Positions 1-6,781 of a stretch of DNA of 33,764 nt are shown here, in pieces (the first letter of the stretch is position 1; each line of letters begins with the position of its first letter). The notes under the pieces are model-generated. The model was not told where the DNA came from and ran no database searches. It saw only the letters and a program-made list of their open reading frames with translations. The stretch lies in NCBI GenBank assembly GCA_027449805.1, contig DAIDKY010000001.1:1-33764 (forward strand), in the 5' to 3' direction. Source of the DNA: a bacterium (lineage in GTDB: Bacteria; Patescibacteriota; Saccharimonadia; UBA4664). The position numbers and the translations under genes are program-made.

Positions 1-126
1 GAAGCATATAGAGAAGCGTTGACTCGTTTTGGCAATGAGCCAGTCCTGTTAGAACAGATCCTGGCTGAGACCGAGGGGACAGCGGAACCACAGGCGGCAA
101 ACAATGTTGTATCACGGGTCATATAA
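1..126 (+). CDS. 3' end of a small protein, DUF5678-like, truncated by the window edge
   Basis: Frame 1 reads EAYREALTRFGNEPVLLEQILAETEGTAEPQAANNVVSRVI* (TAA 124-126). It overlaps the protease start. The EAYxxALxxFGxEPVL pattern resembles the small proteins that typically precede retropepsin-like genes (family from memory). Confidence 0.55.
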   Translation, partial: EAYREALTRFGNEPVLLEQILAETEGTAEPQAANNVVSRVI

Positions 127-577
127 GGGAGCTGATCAACCTACCGCGCTTTCTTACATGATTTATGATGGTCCCTTGCTCTACGTTCAGCTGTCGTTGC
201 CTCAGGCCCTTTCGAGTCTACTGATAGGTATGGGCCAAGATCAACCGGCGCCGATTGTTGGTAGAACGCTGATTGACACGGGCGCATCGCACTCTGCTTT
301 CGACGCGAAGGTGCTTGCGTCACTCGGCATCTCACCAACCGGTGTGACGGTCAGTAACACAGCTGGAGGCCCCCAGAAGCAGGATACCTATTGGATCCAG
401 ATGACTGTTCCGAGCCACAGCTATACTGCAGAACTTACAAAGGTTGCTGGTGTCGACCTGTCCGGCCAAAAGACCATTACGGGTGAGCCGATCATTGGCT
501 TACTCGGTCGAGACTTCCTGAGTAGCTTCATTCTCGTCTACAACGGTCAGATGGGCCAGTTTACTCTCGCGAACTAA
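104..577 (+). CDS. Retropepsin-like (clan AA) single-domain aspartyl protease
   Basis: Catalytic LIDTGAS motif and C-terminal GLLGRDFL motif; 157 aa. Confidence 0.88.
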   Translation: MLYHGSYKGADQPTALSYMIYDGPLLYVQLSLPQALSSLLIGMGQDQPAPIVGRTLIDTGASHSAFDAKVLASLGISPTGVTVSNTAGGPQKQDTYWIQMTVPSHSYTAELTKVAGVDLSGQKTITGEPIIGLLGRDFLSSFILVYNGQMGQFTLAN

Positions 578-600
578 CATCGCTCGAGAACTGCTTATGA

Positions 601-629
601 TTGCATTTATACAGTAGGTCTTGGATAAT
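601..629 (+). promoter_or_regulatory. Putative sigma70 promoter of the 679 ORF
   Basis: TTGCAT(601-606)-17 nt-GATAAT(624-629). Confidence 0.5.
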
Positions 630-678
630 AATACCGAGTCATTGATCTATCCAACGACTAGACCCTTAAGGGGGATAA

Positions 679-1119
679 ATGACGTATCAATCACGTCGTA
701 TGCTCAAGGCGAAGTGTGCGATGCTCGAAGGCCAGCTGAAGTCAGCCACGAATGAGGTGCGTGATCTCGGCGGTGATGTCGAGACTCTCGAGGCAGACCA
801 GCAAGCTCTCGTCAACATCTGGTGGGACCAGGCAGTTCGCGCTCGAATGTCGATGTACATGCAGCTCGGTGTCATCGGCGTCTCCATATTCGCGGCAGCG
901 ATCCTTGGCACCTACCTGTCCTGGCATTTCCATCGTTCGTATCTGCTTGTTCTCGGATGCGCATTCGTGGGTGCCTTCGCAGCCTGTGGTGTCTTCATGC
1001 TGATCAAGAACTTCCAGGACATTCCCGAAGAGCTTGTTCTGCCTTCTGGCGCTACCGTCGTTGTGAGCCCCGAACAAATCCATTCAACCAATCAGGGTCT
1101 AGCCGACGCCCTTCGCTGA
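679..1119 (+). CDS. Hypothetical membrane protein (N-terminal coiled coil, two TM helices)
   Basis: SD AAGGGGGA before ATG; heptad-like N-terminus; two hydrophobic segments; followed by a terminator. Confidence 0.75.
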   Translation: MTYQSRRMLKAKCAMLEGQLKSATNEVRDLGGDVETLEADQQALVNIWWDQAVRARMSMYMQLGVIGVSIFAAAILGTYLSWHFHRSYLLVLGCAFVGAFAACGVFMLIKNFQDIPEELVLPSGATVVVSPEQIHSTNQGLADALR

Positions 1120-1144
1120 CCCCGACGTCCATGTGATCGTCTTC

Positions 1145-1186
1145 ACGACCACGGAGCAACCGAGCTTCCTGGTCGTTTTTCATTTT
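1145..1186 (+). terminator. Intrinsic terminator
   Basis: ACGACCA-CGGAGC / GCTTCC-TGGTCGT stem followed by TTTTCATTTT. Confidence 0.7.
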
Positions 1187-1421
1187 CTGGAGGTCTTTCC
1201 AGCAGAATGAGAATCCGCTCCATGAGGTCTGTGAAGCTCAGATCGTGCATCAGTTCGGGCAAAGTATCAGCTTTGGAAAGCTCAGAAAAGTTCGAATAGT
1301 GACTCGTTGCCTCTGCCAAAGTACTTATGCAAATAACCCAAACTGGTCTTTTGCTATAATGTCTCACGTGCCATACGGCGCCCGTGTTTTGTCCGTTGAA
1401 AGTCTATACCCAAGGAGAGTC

Positions 1422-2234
1422 ATGAATCGAGCATCGGCCCTACGAGCCCTGGAGATGTGGGATCAACCGTCCTGGGCAAACAAAATGGCAGTCGAGTTCG
1501 GCAGTGATCTTGGTTGCTACGCCGACCCGCAGCCGGATTATCTGCCGGACCTGATCCAATTCGCTGTCGATCATCTGGTTTCCAACACGACCTACCGGTT
1601 GGAGTTCCATGCTGGTATTTTCGCAGCGGTTGCAGCCGGCTTCGCCGAAGAGCATAAGATCGCAGTTCCAGATATCCCCGTAACCATCGCTGGGTCACGC
1701 TGGCTTATCGAGGCCAAGTCGGTCGGTAAGTATCTCGGCAGGATCAATCCTCCCGCCGCACGAATCGTTGCCATCTCCAAGCAGGACGTGTGGCCCGAGG
1801 CCTTTTCGAACATCGTTCATTTGGTCATAGATGCCGCGTTCAGTGCCATTCGTTTCACTAGTATTGAGCTACTCAGAGGCCTCCAGCCTTATACTACCGC
1901 CGGACAATGGCAAGCGACGAGTGTCGCTGTCGAGTCTCTGCTCCTGCTCATGGCGATTGAGCCGAGGACCGCGAAAGCACTTGCATGGTTCATCGATCCA
2001 GACATGGAAGCTCGCTCAGACACGCCAAGTGCAGCCTATGTTGAGGCCGTGAAGCCTGAACTGGCTCATCTCCTGAGCCGAGGATATGTCGTTGATGACA
2101 TTGGGACGATCCGTCGGATGTATCGGAGCCCGCTTCCGCAAGGCTCCTGGTCTATCTCCTTCACAGGTCGCACTAAACTCCTGGATATGTTTCGTGCCAG
2201 TAACACATCTTCTCCACGCATCTTAACTCCGTGA
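1422..2234 (+). CDS. Hypothetical protein (~270 aa), possible C-terminal winged helix
   Basis: Start moved from 1245 to ATG 1422 because of SD AAGGAG (1412-1417) and an extended -10 TGCTATAAT (1352-1360). The C-terminus LAHLLSRGYV...WSISFTGRTKL is wHTH-like. Confidence 0.7.
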   Translation: MNRASALRALEMWDQPSWANKMAVEFGSDLGCYADPQPDYLPDLIQFAVDHLVSNTTYRLEFHAGIFAAVAAGFAEEHKIAVPDIPVTIAGSRWLIEAKSVGKYLGRINPPAARIVAISKQDVWPEAFSNIVHLVIDAAFSAIRFTSIELLRGLQPYTTAGQWQATSVAVESLLLLMAIEPRTAKALAWFIDPDMEARSDTPSAAYVEAVKPELAHLLSRGYVVDDIGTIRRMYRSPLPQGSWSISFTGRTKLLDMFRASNTSSPRILTP

Positions 2235-2343
2235 CACCTCATCGAAGATGATGAGGTCCCTCCGGGGTTTTCTGTATCAAGCAGTAGCAGTTTGTATTAA
2301 GGTTCTTAATTGAAGTACCGAGCACTACCAAAGTGATTACATT

Positions 2344-2365
2344 AAAAGACCCGAGAGGGTCTTTT
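2344..2365. terminator. Bidirectional-type terminator hairpin
   Basis: AAAAGACCC-GAGA-GGGTCTTTT perfect stem with GNRA loop. Confidence 0.7.
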
Positions 2366-2379
2366 GCTATAATAGGTAT

Positions 2380-2751
2380 ATGAAAAGGCATCGGATATTA
2401 CTTCTCACACTATTAGGCTTCAATGCTGTGTCGGCTATTAGCGGCGGAATGGCGCTAATAGCGAATGTTATTAATGAACCGAGCTGGACCACCCATACTG
2501 GTTTTCACGGTTTGTACTTCCCCGGGGTCATACTCATGGCGGTGGTAGGTGGCAGCTCATTGATAGCGGCGTTAGGGGTTTGGAAACGTGCGGTCGGAAA
2601 TTCGCTTATGAGTATTTCGGCCGGAGTTATTATGATCATCTGGATTATCGGCGAAATTGTATCTATCCAAGGAATCCATTGGTTGCAGATTATCTATCTG
2701 GCGACGGGATTGGCTGTGATCGTTTTAACGCCAACCGGACAAGTCGATTAG
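2380..2751 (+). CDS. Hypothetical 4-TM membrane protein
   Basis: Four hydrophobic segments; TGCTATAAT ends 6 nt before the ATG (leaderless arrangement). Confidence 0.8.
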   Translation: MKRHRILLLTLLGFNAVSAISGGMALIANVINEPSWTTHTGFHGLYFPGVILMAVVGGSSLIAALGVWKRAVGNSLMSISAGVIMIIWIIGEIVSIQGIHWLQIIYLATGLAVIVLTPTGQVD

Positions 2752-2758
2752 CGCAACG

Positions 2759-2787
2759 TTGACGTACGCGGCAGACAGACGTATGAT
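2759..2787 (+). promoter_or_regulatory. Sigma70 promoter driving the putative ncRNA
   Basis: TTGACG(2759-2764)-17 nt-TATGAT(2782-2787), near consensus. Confidence 0.75.
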
Positions 2788-2793
2788 TTTGAT

Positions 2794-3283
2794 TGACTGT
2801 GACCATTAGCCCGTTGAGGCGACGTGGCGTAGTTGTTGCACGGGTGTGGTGAAAGCTTGACTCAGCGATACGGGTGCGTCACCCAAGGCGCTGAGGCTCG
2901 TGAGTAGGGCCCTTCGACCCGACATGTTCCGGACATTTAGGGGAGTGCAACCTGAGGGAAGGAGTGACGACGGGCCTTTCCGGAGGTCTGGGATCTAGCA
3001 GGGCTGCAAGACGCCAATGAGCACTGTCCCTTCCCAAAGTCTCATGAGCTAAGAGCTCATATGTTCTTCCAGCGAGTGCGTATCGAGACGCGAGCAGGCG
3101 AGCATGACTCTCCCGTAAGAGAGCTGCAACGCTCAATCTACGCCGAGCGCAACCGTGACCGCTGGAAGCTGCTCTGTTAGGTCCGTCGACCGTTCGCCCT
3201 TTTAGGCCCACGACTCGACCCACCAGATGGAGCACCGGTAACCAATCCGACGTCTGCCCCACGATACGGGGCCTTTTCTTTTT
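2794..3283 (+). ncRNA. Putative large structured non-coding RNA, class unassigned
   Basis: Bounded by a promoter and a terminator; no credible plus-strand ORF. Nested helices: 2907-2911/3205-3209, 2969-2977/3179-3187, 2997-3004/3171-3178, 3066-3074/3160-3168. Local hairpins: 2861-2895, 3044-3060, 3108-3123. Confidence 0.68.
3256..3283 (+). terminator. Intrinsic terminator closing the putative ncRNA
   Basis: GCCCC-ACGATAC-GGGGC followed by CTTTTCTTTTT. Confidence 0.7.
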
Positions 3284-3445
3284 CGGATTTTTTAAGTTAC
3301 AACAGAAAATGAATCCGTGAGAATAACATCACAAGGGTATATACTTCCTTTTTATATATACATAGCCTAAAATTACCACGTGAGCGGCATGAGCCGCTTT
3401 CTGCTTTTTGCACCTTGATTCAATTCCGACAATAAGGGAGGCAGG

Positions 3446-4747
3446 ATGATTGAGCGTTATGCGAAAACGGCGATGAGCCGGCTGTTTACGGTCAAAGAAC
3501 AGTGGGCGACGGCCTTGCAGGTCGAGGTGGCTGCAGTTGTCGCCAGAGCCCAGTTAGGCCAAATCACTGATGAGGATCGCGATGCGGTGCTCCGTGGTGT
3601 TCCGCAGGAGATCACCGACGAGATTGTCGCCCAGATCAGCGAACGCGAAGCCAAGATCGATCATGACGTAGCGGCCTTTGTGGACGTTATGCAAAGTTAC
3701 ATCGACCATGATGCGTCGAGGTGGTTCCACTACGGGCTAACCTCGGCCGACATCACCGATACCGCTCTCTGCCTTCGTCTGACCGAAGCGGCCGATCTGT
3801 TGATCGGGGAGGCCTACGAGTTGCTTTCGGCTCTGTGCGTGCGTGCACGTGAATTTGCGGATGTTCCCACCGCTGGCCGTACCCATGGGCAGCACGCCGA
3901 AGTTATTACGTTTGGTGTGCGTCTGGCTAACTGGGCCTTTATGGTCGAACGATCAATTGACACGCTTGTTCAGGCTAGAGATGAGATCGCCGTCGGCAAG
4001 CTCAGCGGTGCCTGCGGTACCTATAGCAACATCGACCCCGAGGTGGAGAATATCGTTTGCGGAGAGCTGGGACTTCGCCCGATCACAGCTACTCAAGTGG
4101 TGCCGCGTGATCTCCATGCCAACTTGGTCTACGCATGCGTTCGACTTGGCGGGGCGATCGGACACATCTCGTTCAACCTGCGAATCATGGCCTCGACCGA
4201 ATACGGCGAGGTAGAGGAGGGCAGACGACCGGAACAGAAGGGAAGCTCGGCAATGCCGCACAAGCGCAATCCGATCAAGGGAGAGCAGCTTGACGGTTTG
4301 GCCAGGGTTCTGCGCGGAAATCTGGTCAGTTCGCTCGAGGAAGTCGAGTTACTGTTCGAGCGCGACATTTCGCATAGCGCACCCGAACGGATCGTTCTGG
4401 CAGACACGCTCATTCTGTGCCACTACATGACGGTCACCATGGTAACGGTGTTGTCGCGTCTGGTTGTAAAACCGGCGCGTATGCAACTCAACATCGATCG
4501 CGGTTTGGGCCTTATGTACACGCAGACGGTGCTGACCTCCTTGATCGATCAAGGCATGCTGCGCGACGATGCCTATCGGCTCGTTCAGAGCTTGGCCTAT
4601 CAGGCCATCGAGGAGAATCGACCGTTCCGTGAACTACTCAATGAGTCCACGGAGGTAATGCTCACCAGCGATGAGCTCGACACCATCTTCGACCAGTCTC
4701 GTCTTCTGGCCCACGTCGGCGACATCATCGACCGACTGCCGGCCTGA
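3446..4747 (+). CDS. purB: Adenylosuccinate lyase
   Basis: MIERY start, HDV, HYGLTS, GRTHGQHA and GSSAMPHKRNP signature; SD AAGGGAGG. Confidence 0.96.
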   Translation: MIERYAKTAMSRLFTVKEQWATALQVEVAAVVARAQLGQITDEDRDAVLRGVPQEITDEIVAQISEREAKIDHDVAAFVDVMQSYIDHDASRWFHYGLTSADITDTALCLRLTEAADLLIGEAYELLSALCVRAREFADVPTAGRTHGQHAEVITFGVRLANWAFMVERSIDTLVQARDEIAVGKLSGACGTYSNIDPEVENIVCGELGLRPITATQVVPRDLHANLVYACVRLGGAIGHISFNLRIMASTEYGEVEEGRRPEQKGSSAMPHKRNPIKGEQLDGLARVLRGNLVSSLEEVELLFERDISHSAPERIVLADTLILCHYMTVTMVTVLSRLVVKPARMQLNIDRGLGLMYTQTVLTSLIDQGMLRDDAYRLVQSLAYQAIEENRPFRELLNESTEVMLTSDELDTIFDQSRLLAHVGDIIDRLPA

Positions 4748-4795
4748 CCCGACTTTCATTTATCACTCTGTGATTAATGGGGAAAGGGTTTTTTT
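4747..4795 (+). terminator. Intrinsic terminator after purB
   Basis: Imperfect long stem (ACCC..CTTTC..ATCAC / GTGAT..GAAAG GGT) followed by a run of T. Confidence 0.6.
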
Positions 4796-4796
4796 A

Positions 4797-4825
4797 TTGA
4801 TTTAAATAAATACAAATGGTATAGT
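4797..4825 (+). promoter_or_regulatory. Sigma70 promoter of the 4870 ORF
   Basis: TTGATT-17 nt-TATAGT with an extended TG. Confidence 0.65.
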
Positions 4826-4869
4826 AATACCGTTTAGTTCATTTCTATCCAATAGCCTGAGGAGGCCGG

Positions 4870-5949
4870 GTGCAACCCATCAACCGAATTGTTACGCATG
4901 TATCACCGCATCTCGACGAGATCTTCGCCATCTGGCTGCTTCGCCGTTATGGCGAGGAACAGTTTCCCGGAGTGGCCGAGGCGCCAATCGTGTACTGGAC
5001 TGCCGGTATGGAGTCCCGGACCTGGGGCGACTACTGGAACTCCGGGACGTTGCTCATTGGTGTCGGCGGTGGTCCCTTCGACGAGCATCCCGGAGACGGT
5101 GAGGCTCGCAAGAAGAACAAAACAGCCACCAGTCTGGTGGCCGAGTACCTCGGTTTAGCTGAGGTCGAGGCCTTTATGCAGCTGATGCAGTATGTCGTCA
5201 AGAACGACTTGCAAGGCAGTAAGAACGCCTTCGAACTGGGACGCATGGTCACCATGCTCCACAACGAGCACCCGGACGATCCCCAGCGCGTCATCGACTG
5301 GACCACGACGGTAATTGATGGACATCTAAAGAGTCGCCTACGGCTTTTTAGCGAGACGATTGAAGAATACGCCAAAGTTGAGTTCATCCAGCTGCGTAAT
5401 CGCGGTAGGCGCTGCAAGCTGGCGGTCATCACGAGTGACAATGATCAGATCCCAAGCTTTGCCTTGTCGAAGCGTGGCGGTCTAGCCGAGGTTGTCATCG
5501 TGGCAAAGAGCAGCGGCAATGTCGTTATCATGTCGCGCCCTGACAGCAAGGTGATCCTCAAGGATGTCGCCAAGGTGCTGCGCATCGAAGAGCATCTTGC
5601 CAGTGGTTCTAGCGAACCTTTGCCGAGGTGGGATGTTCTGGCAGAGGAGGGGACGCTTCCGCTGGTGCCTGAATGGCACTACTTTAAGGCGGGTGAATCG
5701 CTCTTTAACGGTAGCAAGACGCATCCGGATGTTCCGCCGACACGGCTCGGGTTGGATCGTATCGTTGAGCTGGTCAAGCTGGCGCTGAACACCTCGACCT
5801 TTGAAACTCTACGATCGGATACCTGCAATAATGGCGTCTGCGCTTCGACACAATCTGACCGGTGCCCCTGGTACGACTATGGGCTTTCCCGTTGCCGCAG
5901 CATTCGTTACCATATGCCTCGAACCGAGGTGCATATCCGCACTGAGTAG
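4870..5949 (+). CDS. MYG1/DHH-like metal-dependent phosphoesterase with a Cys-rich C-terminus
   Basis: N-terminal IVTHxxPHLDE and GVGGGPFDEH motifs parallel the MYG1 HxxxFHxDE and FDHH motifs; SD GAGGAGG before GTG. Confidence 0.6.
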   Translation: MQPINRIVTHVSPHLDEIFAIWLLRRYGEEQFPGVAEAPIVYWTAGMESRTWGDYWNSGTLLIGVGGGPFDEHPGDGEARKKNKTATSLVAEYLGLAEVEAFMQLMQYVVKNDLQGSKNAFELGRMVTMLHNEHPDDPQRVIDWTTTVIDGHLKSRLRLFSETIEEYAKVEFIQLRNRGRRCKLAVITSDNDQIPSFALSKRGGLAEVVIVAKSSGNVVIMSRPDSKVILKDVAKVLRIEEHLASGSSEPLPRWDVLAEEGTLPLVPEWHYFKAGESLFNGSKTHPDVPPTRLGLDRIVELVKLALNTSTFETLRSDTCNNGVCASTQSDRCPWYDYGLSRCRSIRYHMPRTEVHIRTE

Positions 5950-5979
5950 CCGCTCTAGATTTACTTTAGAGCGGTTTTT
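5948..5979 (+). terminator. Intrinsic terminator
   Basis: AGCCGCTCTAGA / TTTAGAGCGGTT stem plus T tract. Confidence 0.75.
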
Positions 5980-6049
5980 ATATAAGTTGCTTCTCAGATC
6001 CCGACCATATGCTCTATACTGTTAATTAATCATAAACGGAACTTTTACC

Positions 6050-6478
6050 ATGCCAAGCAAACTATCGCCCGAACAACGCACTCTGACAGCACACTATCAC
6101 TCAGAGTTGGCTCGTTACAGCAGCGGTCTATTCGCCAGCGTTCTGGTTGCCCTGACCTTCCTTCTGCTCGCCGGCCTGCGCCACCCAGCCACCTGGCTGC
6201 TCGTCTTCTTGTACCTGACTTTGGCTAGTTTCGTCCTAAGCCTCGCCACCTACATGTTGATTCAGCTGCTTAACGCTCGTATCGCCGTCGCTACGGTCAA
6301 GGAGAAGGAGGCCAAATTGGCTAAAGTTCTGAGTGTCGTCCAGATTGCCCAGCAAGTCTTCTTCTTTCTCGGTCTCGTTGGCGTAAGTGGTTTTGCCGTC
6401 GAGGTCATTATGCTCCTCTTCCCAGCTGCCGCAGCCACAAACCCAGCTGCAGGATCCTCCGCTCCTCCTGCCCAATAA
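6050..6478 (+). CDS. Hypothetical membrane protein (~3 TM)
   Basis: Long hydrophobic segments, Ala/Pro tail; fills the gap between neighbouring genes. Confidence 0.75.
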   Translation: MPSKLSPEQRTLTAHYHSELARYSSGLFASVLVALTFLLLAGLRHPATWLLVFLYLTLASFVLSLATYMLIQLLNARIAVATVKEKEAKLAKVLSVVQIAQQVFFFLGLVGVSGFAVEVIMLLFPAAAATNPAAGSSAPPAQ

Positions 6479-6482
6479 CAAC

Positions 6483-6511
6483 TTGTTTTCGGTCTTTGTT
6501 CGGTATATGAT
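6483..6511 (+). promoter_or_regulatory. Promoter overlapped by a candidate LexA box (TTCGG-N6-TTCGG, 6488-6503)
   Basis: TTGTTT-17 nt-TATGAT with the direct repeat TTCGG-tctttg-TTCGG in the spacer, directly upstream of the dinB operon. Confidence 0.7.
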
Positions 6512-6517
6512 CAATGG

Positions 6518-6781
6518 GTGAGAGAAGTAATCAATCAACCCGTCAGTGTCTTAGCCTCCTTTAGCCATGCTCCTCATGGGGCTGTGGTGGTGGTGCCGCA
6601 TATTATGAAGTGGCGTGATCGACGTTATAAACTTACCCAGATGGGCCTGTATCATCCGGAAAGGCGCGGCCGCAAGCAGGTTCATGTCTTTAGCTTCTTG
6701 GCTGATGATACGACTTTTCGGGTCGAGCTTGATCCTGAGATCCTAGAGTGGACGCTCGTGGAGGCCTACTATGGAACTTGA
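6518..6781 (+). CDS. Small beta-rich protein coupled to dinB (DUF6504-like)
   Basis: 87 aa with PxxxxWxxRxY and LxxxxxxWxL patterns; overlaps the dinB start by 11 nt. Family assignment from memory. Confidence 0.7.
   Translation: MREVINQPVSVLASFSHAPHGAVVVVPHIMKWRDRRYKLTQMGLYHPERRGRKQVHVFSFLADDTTFRVELDPEILEWTLVEAYYGT

Noticed and set aside
1143..1367. 74-aa minus-strand ORF
   Set aside because: It overlaps a plus-strand terminator and the next promoter and has no recognisable features; cannot be fully excluded.
2879..3262. 127-aa minus-strand ORF across the putative ncRNA
   Set aside because: Arg/His/Pro-rich shadow-like composition and no motif; the promoter, terminator and G-U pairing all favour a plus-strand RNA.
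2794..3283. Identification as RNase P RNA, tmRNA, group I/II intron or a riboswitch
   Set aside because: Only isolated fragments match (GGTGAAA, AGTGCAAC, GTGCG, CACCA); the diagnostic cores are absent or out of order. cmscan is still needed to be sure.
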